Shown here: piece after piece, positions 38,012-51,384 of the stretch
Numbering within the stretch: position 1 is the stretch's first letter
Layout: the number at the start of each line of letters is the position of its first letter
Assembly: GCA_001938485.1 (NCBI GenBank)
Contig: MQRK01199368.1
Location: 10,761 to 74,760 of the forward strand
Reading direction: 5' to 3'
Length of the DNA: 64,000 nt
From: Girardia tigrina
Taxonomy: Eukaryota
Notes under the pieces: generated by a model
Database searches by the model: none
What the model saw: only the letters and a program-made list of their open reading frames with translations
What the model was told of the DNA's origin: nothing
Position numbers and translations under genes: made by a program

Positions 38012-38451
38012 ATGACAAGAAGCGACAGTGACAGCGTTAAGGGAAGCATTTTCGATGAAGCGATTGAAGATTTACAGCAAGGACAACCGCTGATTGAAAA
38101 TCTAACAGATGAAGACGATTCGATGACGACTCCTGAGAAAAGAAAGTTGTCAAGAAAAGAAAAAGTTGTTTCTGGAATTTATGAAAAGTATGTGCCGCTC
38201 AGCGTCATGATTCAATTGAATAGTACCACTCTCGATTACCTACTGAATTCGAATCTTGGGGAATTGTTTCAACCGGATTATTTCATCGGTGGTTTCTCAA
38301 GTGATTCAAATAATTGCGAAAGAAATACGGTCCTCTTAAGGACCAAAATTGACGATTGGGAGAATAAAGATTGGAGCGCGTTCCTATAGGCCCGAACGTT
38401 GCTCAACAAAAGTAATTTTAAAGTATTTCCAGTGTTGATCACATGTTTTTG
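38012..38451 (+). pseudogene. Intronless ORF of unknown function (125 aa; frame continues past TAG 38387-89)
   Basis: ATG start after an AT-rich spacer, acidic N-terminus, NLS-like PEKRKLSRK. Confidence 0.5.
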
Positions 38452-38496
38452 AAAATATAAAAAAATTTGGATTTGATGTTGGAATTAACTTTTAAT

Positions 38497-41400
38497 CAGT
38501 GGCGTAGCGTAGGGGGGCTGCGGTCCGCCCCGGGCGGCACGACTGTTGGTGGCGGCATTTGTGAATGGGAGAAATATTATGTATAAAATAAAACGAAGAA
38601 AAATCTGACCAGAAATGCTGGACATAACAGAATGTTAAAATTAACTAATTTAATGAAAACTGCCAATGGGTTGGAAGATTTGTTTCTTACTAGATATGTA
38701 CAAATTCTTTACCGTTACATGACAATGTTTTGATTTTTGTATTTCAGTTAAATACTTCCAGTTATTAGATTTTATTTGATTGCATTTTCTTACTTTGTGT
38801 GTATAAATTTGTGCTTAATTTCAAAAGCATGTATAAAGTATGTGGTTATAATTTTGATTAAGCTAAAACATTTTAATCGTTACAAAAACAATTAATTGAT
38901 TAATTAATCGTTAATATCCGCTGTCAAAGTATTGTAATTGTTGTTCACACAACTTGTACCCACTAATTTATAAAAAAGTACATAAGAAAAAAATACTTAA
39001 GCAATACTTACCGTAAAACAAAATCGTCATTTTTTTAATTTTAAATTTTTGATTTTTTATTAAATAATTTACTTTTTTAGTAAATAAATTTGACTTTTTT
39101 ATGAAGCTGAAAAAAATTTGAAAATTAAAAAAATCGATTTTGTTAAAAAAATTTGGATATTGCATTGTATTTATTCTTATTTAATGTGGTAAAACCAATT
39201 AGTCGTTTAAAAGGACTCGTTTTTTCGCTAATGAGAATTTTTTGTTGTGGTCTCTAATTTCCCAAGAAAACGTCAAATTATTTTGGTAAAAAATAATTAT
39301 TTACTAAATAATAAAAAACAGAATTTAAAAAAACAAACGAATTTGTTTTACCTCATTAAAAAAGAAAAAATACATAAATAATATTCAAAATTCTTTTAAT
39401 ACGAGTAAAATCATTATCGTAAATCATTATGCATCGTAAAATCATTATTTTTTAATTTTTAATTTTTTATCAAATAATTATTTTTTTTTGCTAACTAAGT
39501 TGACGTTTTCTTGTGAAATTCCACAACAGTAATGAAGAGAGTCAAACAGAGCGGGACGTCATTCCGTAAGAAGAAAAAAGTTGTGGAAGAGGAGTCAAAA
39601 AAAGAATGAAATAGCACTGTTGAAATTCATCCAAAAGACCTCATTGCCTACGAACAGTGATGGATACGGAGGACAATAATCCAATAGAGACTGAAGATAA
39701 ATTTGATATTGCTAATGCTACAATTGAAGTCGATACTGCCACTGTGGAAGGCGAAGGTGGCATTGGTGCAGAAGTTTGTGAGATTGAAATTGAAGCACAA
39801 GAAATGCAACAATTAATCACTCTGAAAACAGACTTTGTAAGTGATTTTACAGATATTGGTCTTTGGCCAATTAAGACTAACCATGAAATTCGCGCTATGC
39901 TAGTTTGTCAAGGATATACTTCTATACGGTGAGGCGACATTACCGCGGCGACTTTACCGCGGACGACTTTACCGCGGCGACTTTACCGCGGACGACTTTA
40001 CCGCGGACGACTTTACCGCGGACGACTTTACCGCGGGCGACTTTNNNNNNNNNNNNNNNNNNNNNNNNNNNNNNNNNNNNNNNNNNNNNNNNNNNNNNNN
40101 NNNNNNNNNNNNNNNNNNNNNNNNNNNNNNNNNNNNNNNNNNNNNNNNNNNNNNNNNNNNNNNNNNNNNNNNNNNNNNNNNNNNNNNNNNNNNNNNNNNN
40201 NNNNNNNNNNNNNNNNNNNNNNNNNNNNNNNNNNNNNNNNNNNNNNNNNNNNNNNNNNNNNNNNNNNNNNNNNNNNNNNNNNNNNNNNNNNNNNNNNNNN
40301 NNNNNNNNNNNNNNNNNNNNNNNNNNNNNNNNNNNNNNNNNNNNNNNNNNNNNNNNNNNNNNNNNNNNNNNNNNNNNNNNNNNNNNNNNNNNNNNNNNNN
40401 NNNNNNNNNNNNNNNNNNNNNNNNNNNNNNNNNNNNNNNNNNNNNNNNNNNNNNNNNNNNNNNNNNNNNNNNNNNNNNNNNNNNNNNNNNNNNNNNNNNN
40501 NNNNNNNNNNNNNNNNNNNNNNNNNNNNNNNNNNNNNNNNNNNNNNNNNNNNNNNNNNNNNNNNNNNNNNNNNNNNNNNNNNNNNNNNNNNNNNNNNNNN
40601 NNNNNNNNNNNNNNNNNNNNNNNNNNNNNNNNNNNNNNNNNNNNNNNNNNNNNNNNNNNNNNNNNNNNNNNNNNNNNNNNNNNNNNNNNNNNNNNNNNNN
40701 NNNNNNNNNNNNNNNNNNNNNNNNNNNNNNNNNNNNNNNNNNNNNNNNNNNNNNNNNNNNNNNNNNNNNNNNNNNNNNNNNNNNNNNNNNNNNNNNNNNN
40801 NNNNNNNNNNNNNNNNNNNNNNNNNNNNNNNNNNNNNNNNNNNNNNNNNNNNNNNNNNNNNNNNNNNNNNNNNNNNNNNNNNNNNNNNNNNNNNNNNNNN
40901 NNNNNNNNNNNNNNNNNNNNNNNNNNNNNNNTTTTTTTAAATTAGGAATTTACTAATTTTTCGTATGTTCTTTGTTTATTTTTTATATTAAAAAGAATAA
41001 TTAAATGTCGATCTGAAATTTTCTATCCATTTATGTTTTCAGATTAAACCCGTGTATAATTCATTGTTTTATCATAACATAATTAAAAATTTTTATTCAT
41101 ATTTTAGATGATAATGTTCACTTATTGACAATTTTGTTGTAAATTTTCCGCGGTAAAGTCGCCCGCTGTATAGTCACCTGCGGTAAAGTCGCCCGCGGTA
41201 AAGTCGTCCGCGGTAAAGTCGTCCGCGGTAAAGTCGTCCGCGGTAAAGTCGCCGCGGTAAAGTCGTCCGCGGTAAAGTCGCCGCGGTAAAGTCGCCCGCG
41301 GTAAAGTCGCCGCGGTAAAGTCGGCGTACCCTTCTATACATTGTGAATTTAAAGAAGTACCACGACCAGGCACAAGGACAAAAGGTGACACTAGAAAGCT

Positions 41401-43671
41401 AACCAAAAATAGGTTTTTCGTGATCTACGGAACGGAGAGAAAAGTATGAGGACATGGATGGTGTATTCTCCTTCAAAGAAGGCCCTGTTCTGCTTTTGCT
41501 GTAGACTGTTTTTTGTTGGGCTGTCTATTTTTTCTGCTGAAGAAGGCTTTAAGAACTGGTGGAAATTAAATCCTAAAGTTCATGAGCACGAAGTTAGCGC
41601 ATTACATGCGCAGGCATTCCTCAAGTGCAAGGAGTTAGAGATCCGGCTTACTAAAAGAAAGGCAATAAACAAAGTAGAGGAAGAATTAATTGAGAAGGAG
41701 ACTAAGCAATGGCGAGAAATTCTAGCTAAATTACTGGACATCATCAGATTTCTCTCCTCGCAAAACCTGGCACTAAGGGGCCACCAAGAAGAAATCCAAG
41801 AAGACGGTGACCAGAAAAATAGAGGAAACTTTTTGCAATTGGTTCATCTGTTGGCCAAGTATGACCCTGGGCTCCGTGAACATTTGGTAAAAGTTAAACT
41901 GGGAAAGAATATCGCCACTTTCTATTTGTCAGCAGAGGTTCAAAATGAATTTGTGAACATTTTAGCACAGCAGGTGAGAAAGAAAATCATAGCATAGGTC
42001 AAGAAGAGCAAGTATTTTTGCATAATTTTTGCCAGTACTCCAGATAAATCTTACAAGGACCAGTTGAGTGAGGTTTTACGCTACGTAAACATGGATGGTA
42101 ATGACCTGAAAGTGGAGGAGTCGTTTGTTCAATTCATCGAGACAAAGGAAAGAGCGCAAAGGAAATTTCTGAACTTATATTTAGACAATTGGAAAATGAC
42201 AAGATTAAGATTGATGATTGACGTGGCCAGGTATATGACAATGCTACTGTTATGTCTGCCCATCGAACGGGTGTCCAGAAGCACATCTTGGAAATTAACC
42301 TAAAAGCTCTATTTGTTCCATGCTCAAATCACTCCCTGAATTTGGCTTGCACACATACAGCTTCCGTTGTGGTTCTATCTGTTACATGTTTTGGCACATT
42401 GGACCGGTTGTTCTCTTTTTTCCTCATCTACGCATCGCTGGGATGTCCTGATTCATGCGACTGGTCTAAGTATCAAGCGAATTATGGAAAACAGATGGAG
42501 CACACGAGCTGATTCTGTAAATGTGTTGGTGAAAAAATTATCGCAAGTCGTGACTGCTCTGAAGAAGCTCTCCAAAGAAGGAGAAAATTTAATGTCAAGA
42601 TCAGATGCATCTTTAATCCTATCATCAGTACTGTCATTTCCTTTCCTATCGCTTTTGAACCTTTGGAATTCCATTCTACCAGAGATCAATGATGCCCAAA
42701 AGTATCTTCAAACAAAAGGGCTCAATCTGCATAAAAATTCTGTAAAGCTCATATCACTGAGAGATTACATTTTTGGGAATAGAGGAAAGATGGTGGACAG
42801 TGCAGTGGACGAATCCAAAAAGCTCTGCTTTGAAATGGGGATAAGTATGGAGCGTCGTATTCGCAAAAAGAAAAGAATGAATGGCGAGGGATTGACTGAT
42901 GTAGCGATGACATTTAATGCTGAGTTGAGGCGGGAAATGCTGTCTGTCATAGACAGGTTGATAGACTAAATATATTCAAGATTTCAACAAGTTCATGATC
43001 TTGCAAGCAGATATGCTGTTATTGCACCATCGAATCTCTTTGATGATAATTACAATTGCCAACTTGGTGAAATAGAAGAGGAGGTGGAGAAAGAAGAATT
43101 CTTAGCCGAAAGAAGAAGACTGCAGTATTTTATCCGAGCTTCCGGAAATAATAGAATGGACGGACCTTTAGAACTTCTGAGCTTCATACAGAGATAATAC
43201 CTAAGAGACTCCGTGGCTAATATTGTGATTTTGCTGCGCATCTTTCTTACCCGGGCTATTAGCGTTGCCAGCTGCGAACGCTCGTTTTCCAAATTAAAGC
43301 TCATTAAGAATTATCTCCGATCTACAATGAGACAATCAAGGCTTACAGACTTGGTAGTTCTCTCCATTGAGAGGGAGCTTGCTGCTGAAGTGAATTTTTA
43401 TACTGTTATCAATAAATTTGCAGAAATGAAAGTGCGAAAAGTTCGCTTGTAAATTGTAAATAAAATTGTAAATTTTGAAATGACTTCGTTACTTGGTAAT
43501 TTTTAGTATGAGAATAAGAGTATTGCTAGAAAAATGGGAAATTAAAGTAAATATTTTGTGACTCTATTTAATTTTTAGTAAAAAACAGTAATTAAAGGTT
43601 CCGAATAATGGTTTAGGGGGCGGCAAATCTTAGAACCGCCCCGGGCGCCAATAACAGTTGCTATGCCACTG
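38497..43671 (+). mobile_element. Full-length but inactivated hAT element (Tip100/ZMYM1-like transposase, 39532-43452)
   Basis: TIR CAGTGGCGTAGC/GCTATGCCACTG, 8-bp TSD CTTTTAAT/ATTTTAAT. Motifs WMVYS...FCFCCRLF, LALRGH, RGNFL, CSNHSLNL, SVASCERSFSKLKLIKNYLRSTM. Several stops and frameshifts. Confidence 0.93.
39928..41330. mobile_element. MULE-type TIR element nested in the hAT transposase
   Basis: 9-bp TSD CTTCTATAC and GG...CC ends. Both termini are inverted arrays of a 14-15-bp unit CGACTTTACCGCGG(A/G). Interior mostly N. Confidence 0.88.
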
Positions 43672-44971
43672 ATTTTAATAATAATTCTGATGTTCCAAGA
43701 AAATCTAATTATGGTAATTTAAAGTTTAAATGTAAAGTTTAAATGTAAATGTTTAAATAATTATATTAAATTTATCTTATTGAAATATGTTCAGGTAGAA
43801 CAACAGAAAAGAAAATAATACATGAAATGATTTTCTATATTGGAAACTTATTTATTTTAAAACATTATTTTTTTTACTTTCTAAAAATAAGTAGAAAACA
43901 TTTCAGAAAATATTTAAATAATACACTTATATTATATATAATTTTTATTGTTTATTTAAACTTCAGCTGTTCAAATGGGAATTAATTTGGATATTTTTTT
44001 AATATATCCAAACATATTTTTTAATTGTCTATCTATTGAGAATTTGCATTTAATCTGATCAGTTTACTTAAAATTTTTAAAATTTCAAAATACTGCTAAA
44101 TTAAATGAAGACTTAGATTGATGGAGTGTTGACTGTAACTAGGCGTGTCTCTCGTCCCGATTCTCATTCTTAGACAAGTTATTAGAAATATTTTAATTCT
44201 GTTCTTTACTTGTCCATAGACTATTTAATCCTTTAAATAGTACCATATTTAAATAAATTAAACATTGTATGTTACTTCTTACATATTTTTATCACTGTGT
44301 TTTTGTGATCCACAAGCAGTACTAAGATTGTCAGCATTGAATCTTACACATGTTAGATCTAAAGACATGTTGATACTACATTCACTCATCCGAACAGTGA
44401 GGTTTCAGAATCCATTCGAATAACACTATCCGTTTGGTAGGGTAAAATATCAGTTTGAGTGGGTTTCAGTCGTGAAAAGGACGTTGCAAAAATACATACC
44501 AAGGATATGAATCACTTGCAACCAAACAATTCATTTCTGTCTCAAACTTTTATTTTTTTTAATTTTAATTTATAGAGTTTTATTTTATTATCGTATTTAC
44601 TTTGGTACGAACATCCAGTTTTCTGTCATTTTGGATGAGTGAAGTACGGATATGTGAATATATATACCGTAGCAGTATTTAAACCCAAAATATTTTATAT
44701 ATAAATAAAAACCTCAGGTTATATGCGGAAGGATTATATATGAAAAATGTTCCAAAATGTAAACAACCGATTCAGATTATAATAGAGTTCTTTTTAATGT
44801 GGAAAATAGGGTTGAAGCAGTATTATATAAACGCCGATACTTGAAATTTTGAATAAAATTAAATACTTAAAGTATTCTTTATTCTTGCTTATATAGTATA
44901 ATTTTTTCAACCAATGACCTATGCCTAATATGAGCGTTCAAAATACTTTACACAAAACAAGTGTTGCAACT

Positions 44972-46480
44972 ATGAGAAATATTTTAAATTGTGTATGGGT
45001 GTGGTGTGTGTATTTGAGTGTGCTTAAATTGAAATTGTGATCTCACTCTAATGGAAAATTGGTGATTTATTGTTTTTGCGATAACTGATCATTCGAACAG
45101 AATTTCCATTTTTAAAAATAATGGAATGCTTTATAATCCGATAAAATTTTAATTTATTATAAAATAATAACTATGATAAATTTTTTGAAATGAATAATCT
45201 TTGAAAATTTTAATTGACATATTTAATGTTTTTAATGTAAGATAATTGAATTAATTTTAAAATTACTTTTAAATAGATTTTAAAATCTAAACAAATATTT
45301 TATAAATAAATTAAAACATAATCCTCGTAATACAAGTTTTTATAATATAATCCTTGTTGGGAGCGTTGTTGAGTTCATAAAATTTTTGAAGTTACAATCT
45401 TATCAAATTGTTATTGTTATAGACATGTTAAAATAAGATTTTCAGAAATTTAATGTAAAAAATTAATTCATGTAAGAAATAAAATAAATTTTACAGTAGG
45501 TTTATTAAAAGATTTATTATAAAGTAAAAAAGTTAATTTCAAATTTTATGAAAATATTTAATTGAAATAAAATCAAAAGTCATATAAAATTTAATATTTT
45601 ATTTGCGAAATGAAAGTAAACTAAAATATTTTTTGTAACTTTCTTTTATTTTACACGATTAAATCGAAGTAAAATAAAAATATCACTATAATTTTATTTT
45701 TGTAAATTTTAATTGGAATCAAAATATAATTGTAAAACAATTAAATCGATTTAAATGAAACTGCTGTTTTAATTTTATTTTGGAAAACGTAATTATTAAT
45801 GGAAATATAATTTTATTTTTTTGTAAAAAAGAGGGTAATTTAAAAAATGTTAAATTAAACAAAATTGCGATTTTAAATTCTATTTTCAAATATTATTAAA
45901 TCCAAAGTAATTTTTAAATTTATTATGAAAACAAAATGAAAAATGCTATTGTATAGAATTGGGAAATTTAATTGAAAAACAGTTAAATTCCAAGGTACAA
46001 TAAAATTGAAATTAATAAAAGACGAAACAAAATCTTTGTGACAAAATTTTAATTCACTTTTTTTTCACTAATTTTTTATTAAAAAAAGTATAGAATTTTA
46101 ATTCGAAAAAATACAATAACCATATTTATATTTATATCAATTCTTATTTATAATGGTCTGTGTAAAAAGAAAGTGCAAAAGTTCCTCGGAAATATTTGTT
46201 TTAAAAAACTTAAATTGTGGTAGAAAAATAAAGTTTTGTGTTCATGACAACGTCTTTTGATCATGAACCCAATAATCATATTTTAAAATATTTTTATGTA
46301 GTAAATTTCAATTAAATATATTATGCAAAGAAATTTAAAACTTTTAATTGTTAAAATAATTTTGAAGTGAAAAACGTAAAATTGATTAAATTTATAAATG
46401 ATTATCTAAATAATTTAAAATAATAATTAAATTATTGAAAAATTAGGAAATTTGTTGGAATAATCATTATTAAAAATCCA
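44972..46480 (+). repeat. Long AT-rich dispersed repeat (LTR-like), related to 997-1380 and 46699-47140
   Basis: Shared head AATATTTTAAATTGTGT...TGGAAAATTGG...GCGATAACTGATCATTC and shared tail AGGAAATTTGTT(C/G)GAATAATCAT. Confidence 0.6.
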
Positions 46481-46698
46481 GGAATAACTTTAAATAAAAT
46501 GATGATGAATAGTGAATGATCTTCCGATAGTTATCCCAGTACCATTTGCTATTGTATGATGATAATTAAGAGAGATCTATTTATTGTTTTAACAAGATAT
46601 GAAACATTTGGCTAATTTCACACTTGACTCATTGTCCTGTTAAAAGATGAGCACTTCAACGAAGTAGGAGAAAACTAATCAATCAAACTAATAATGAT

Positions 46699-47140
46699 TG
46701 TGAGGAATATTTTAAATTTGGTATGTTGAAATTGGTTTGTTGAATTTTGTATGTTGAGTTTAGTATTTGGAAATGTGTTTCTCCCACCCAGATGGAAAAT
46801 TGATATTTTAGATGTTCACGATAAATAATTATTCGAGTATAATTTATATAATTTATATTTTAAAGTACAATATAAGATATTTAAAAACATTAAAAATATT
46901 AAATCTTTTCAAATCTTCATATTAAAACTTAAATAAAATAAATAGTTTTAACTAAGTTTTGAATTAATTAAATGTTCTTTCTTTACATAAAATAATTTTT
47001 AAATAAAATTAATATGTTAATAAAAATTAATACTAAAATTACAAAATTTGAATTTTAAAAATAAAATCAGAAAATAATGAAATATTTGTTCGAATAATTG
47101 TTTAATCAATTAATTTAATTAATTTAATTGTAGAATCACT
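46699..47140 (+). repeat. LTR-like repeat, inverted partner of 35596-35893
   Basis: Near identity over ~300 bp; begins TGTGAGG. Confidence 0.75.
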
Positions 47141-47652
47141 TTATTTAAATAACTAAGAAATAATCAACTTTATGTGCGAAAAATAAAAGAAAAGATAGTA
47201 AGTGAAAAAAGAGGACCAGAAAATGGAAAACTCCAAGTTTATCTAAAGCTTTATTTTAATTTGAAGGATAACAATAAAGTGATCCTAATGAAATGCTTTG
47301 CTAACAAGAATATAAGGTTTGGAAAAATTCTTCAATACAAGAAAAATTTATAATGACTATATTTTATATTTTATTTTTGACGTTTCTTTTCTCCGTATTT
47401 TCGTTTTTTTTTGAATTATTCTCCATTAAAATCGATTTTCTTCTGTTTATATAAATAAAGAAAACTAAACATTGTTTAATGAAATCTAAAAAACTCAAAA
47501 AAATGTTTAATTTTGTTTAATTACCATAAAACCTTATAAAGACTTTATGGTGGTGGTATGAACAGAGCGTGCGCAGTTGCGTGTCTGCGGAAATGTAGCG
47601 CTGGGTGGCGGAGCTTAATGACATTTAATTATTATCGATAATCAATAGATTA

Positions 47653-48018
47653 TCATTTGTCGATGAGTAATTCGTCCCAATCGACAGCACATGGATTCCT
47701 CGTCGTGTTTAGTGATCCTCGAGAGAAAGAGACGACTATTATAATGAATTTTCCGACGAAACTCGTTTTTTCATTTATTTCAGACACACGTTCGAATTTT
47801 CTATATTTATTGACTTGTGATAATTGATCAAATTCCTTTAAAAAGATTCTCCACTTTCTCGTTACGATTATTGTCGTAGATGAATCTGTGATCTTTCTCT
47901 CCGAACTCATCATGTAAATTTTCGATGAAATAATTTACGTCTTTTTCTGATAAAGATTTTTTTTAACTTGCTTCTTGAAATGATCAAATCGAAATTCGCT
48001 TTCATTATTTTCGGTCAT
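47653..48018 (-). pseudogene. Decayed intronless ORF of unknown family
   Basis: MTENNESEFRFDHFKKQVKKNLYQK...; further protein-like frames follow after shifts. Confidence 0.35.
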
Positions 48019-48544
48019 TTGGTTTCAATGAAGAAATTCGCTGTTTTTGTTGAAATAACTAAATTCATGTTAACAATCTATTTTAATATACTTGTAAATC
48101 CATTTAATAATATGAGATGTCCACTTAATAATAATTTATATAATCTAAAAATAAAAAATAAAAGGATTAGCCAATGAAATGACAGAAAATAAAGACAATA
48201 TTTCCATTTAATAATAAGCTTAACTATAGAAAAACATGTTGTGCTGTAAAATACACATACTCGGTACACAAATACACACATACAAAACCACAAACATACA
48301 TGATTTTATGTTAAATTTAATAATAAAATGTCCATTTAATAATATAAAAATTAAACATCCTTATATTTAACTTTTGAATATGTTTGAGAATATATCAAAT
48401 TTATACACAGCTTCCAGCTTAAGAACCAAACTGGCGGTTCATATCAGCCCAGGTAAAGTGAAAAAAACCAAAAATTGTAAGTTTTCCACGTGAAATATCT
48501 TGTTATTAACAAAACGTTAAGAAAAAAAAGTAATTAAAAATATA

Positions 48545-49038
48545 TTTATTTTCATTGAAACACAAGTTTCAAAAGCAATTCTAGTCCAATTGATAGCCTC
48601 TCTTATCGAATCTCCATTGTCGAGAATCCGGGATGTTATCTCTGATCGAATGAACCATTCTAGAAATCACTCGATTCATTATTTCTGGACTAGATAATGC
48701 TCACATTTGGCATTAATCAAAAGGAATTTCCGGTCCGGATTCTCTAACCGTTTTTTTTCTATTCAGTTCATGATATTTTTTCCGGCTACCAAAGGCGGAC
48801 AACGACGGAGAGCAACATTAGGACTGTACGAAGGAAAAGGCGGTTCCGGCAAGCAGCCAATGGTGCCGTGTAACCGTTCCGAATTCTCTGTTGGGGTAAG
48901 CGACATTGAGACCAGTCGAGTACTGTCTTGTCTTTCGGTTTAGATTTACTTTGGATATTCTTCGGGAAACGGATTTACTAGATATAAACCGTTTAGATTG
49001 AGATAGATCTGCACGAATCGTTCTTAGTTTTCTTCCAT
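48545..49038 (-). pseudogene. Decayed intronless ORF (~165 codons, single frame with several stops)
   Basis: MEEN*ERFVQIYLNLNGLYLVNPFPEEYPK...PEPPFPSYSPNVALRRCPPL...FLEWFIRSEI...INWTRIAFETC; GC-richer than flanks. Confidence 0.4.
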
Positions 49039-50464
49039 GATTTATATTTATTTCGATAGATTTTATATCGAATGATTATTTTATGATTATTACATAAAAT
49101 AATTTTTAAAATTTATTAATAAATGAATTCTTTTTATTAATAAATGGACTTATTAGATTATTAAAAAACAACAAATTGATTTATTGAACACGTAGAATTT
49201 TTAGCATAATAATGTCATTCCTCCAAGATTACAAACACTCAATTATCATTTAATGAGTTTAAACATAACAAAATTTGCATTAAATTATTTACTATTAAAA
49301 TAATTTAAAATTCTTTATAACATAATTTTTTTATTATTATAAAAAAATTTTAACAGCTCAAATAAAATTTTAAAATAAGCTACAAAATTTCAGTAAACAC
49401 CAGAATGAAGTTAATGAAGGGACAGATGATACTCTTGGAATCACAATTCAATCTTTGTCTTTGCATCCATATTCCTCCTCCCATGCAGTATTTTTTATTT
49501 TACTTGATAAGCATTAAAAATACAATGTTATACAACAAGAAATTTTAGTCTTCTTAGAATTTTGGTTTAATTTATTAATTTTTGAGTTCATAAATTATAT
49601 TTTTAGTTTCTTTGGACAGTTATTTTATTTTAATTGAATGAATAGATTTCATCTCAGCAAAATGGTTTCTTAATTGACTTGTTTCTTCCTCTTTCCTAAG
49701 AGTCTACTTGGAAAAAATAGGAAAACAATCACTTTGCTTGTTCATTATCTCGAACTTTTTCCTCTTAATTGAGACTTAATCCAGTGCTTTGAGACTCATT
49801 TAAATTGTAAATGTTTTACATCATTTCTAATGTAATTGTTTTACTTTCAATGATACATATTTCAGTTACATATGAATTTATTGTAGTAATTCACATTTGT
49901 TTTTAATTTTATTTATGAAGGTTAATTACATTTTCTTTTCAGACTACAAACCTTGTAAAATTATTGAGATTTGTTACTTAGAGAATACTTGTTTAATGAT
50001 TTAAAAATATTCTAAATTTAAATTATTTATTAAACAATAATTTTATAAAAACATTACCATAGAATCTATTTATTAAAAATAAAGATTTATAAATAGAAAA
50101 TATATTAAACAATGAAAAACATATGAAATATTAACTCAAGGTTTTCGAGTTTTAGCTGAGTTTTAATTGAAAATAAAAGTCCACCATTTCAAATCATAAT
50201 TTTAAGAACTGAATATTTCGGTGATCCAAACCTCATCCAAAAATTTTTGTAATACAACGTAACGTAATTAACAATGTTTCACATGACTCTGTTTCTCAAT
50301 AACTATCGAAATGCTTAGGCAGAATCATAAAATTATCAAATTTAGTATGTGTAGTGATTCGATAATCGATATAAAAAAATCCTTCAAAAATGACTTTTGT
50401 TTAATTAAATTAAACAAAGAATAAGATGTGGCACATATTTAAATCAATGTAATGTTTTTTTTAA

Positions 50465-51320
50465 TAAACTATTATATTTATTTCGCCTTTTATTTCTTCC
50501 CATGACATATCCACCGATGATCACCAGACCCGATCAGCAACCAGACGTTATTGAACCGACACGGCGATCTCTCCGGGCACCAAGTCCCGGCACGTCTAAG
50601 AGGTGCCGGCCGTAGCCACTCGGTCCGGCTGCCAGCACCAGTATGACTTATACATTTTCCAATATTCAGATCAATATTACTCTAACCTCCTTTTCCACAA
50701 ATTTTCTGTGTTTATGCAAGACTTTCTTTGGGTTTGAGTTTTGAATGTTTCAATTGGTTCTCTCAATGATTTTCTTATTTAATCTGTTACTAAACATTTG
50801 TCGGATGAAGTCGCAATGCAAGTGGTTTAAGTGCCGGTAGTTTGATGGAAATTCTTTGGCGAGAGTGTCATGTGAGACGAATTTCCAGTTCCTGCTAAAC
50901 CAGATTACCCAACAAATGGATAGTGATCCGGTTGGATGCCTCACAGAAAAAAACGATGGGGCAATCATCTTGTAGATTTTTCCAAAGCGGCTAAAATCAG
51001 CAGATTTCGAATTGTTCAGAATACTTAAGCATTGAATAGGAACAATATAATTATATTACTTCGACATATGATGTTACGATACAGATTAAGAATCAGAATA
51101 ATTGAAATTTGAGAGCCTGTTGTCCGATAGAATAGCAGTATTCGACAGTATATGTCATTCCCATTGTCAGGAATATTTATGTCGTTAAACCTAAATTCAT
51201 GATATTAAAAATGATAAATTTGACGTAATCCACATGTCAAAGCTGGAATTTCGAAGAACGTACTATTAAATCCCACTATCTGATTGTTTGATTCATTATT
51301 ATTGAATGAATCAATAATAA
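50465..51320 (-). pseudogene. Decayed intronless ORF of unknown family
   Basis: GC-richer block with long, partially open minus-strand frames, including ORF 50750-50968. Confidence 0.3.
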
Positions 51321-51324
51321 TTAT

Positions 51325-51328
<4 letters not shown>

Positions 51329-51380
<52 letters not shown>
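51329..51380. repeat. (TA)n microsatellite (others at 1-22 and 6131-6157)
   Basis: Seen directly. Confidence 0.95.

Positions 51381-51384
<4 letters not shown>

Noticed and set aside
39933-41325. CGACTTTACCGCGG arrays as a CRISPR array or repeat-protein ORFs (TTLPR/DFTAD)
   Set aside because: No spacers; the arrays are inverted subterminal repeats of a TE with a 9-bp TSD, and the ORFs are by-products of the repeat and the N run.
48411-48452. Small AG/GT-bounded plus-strand exon candidate
   Set aside because: No partner exons found; could be chance.
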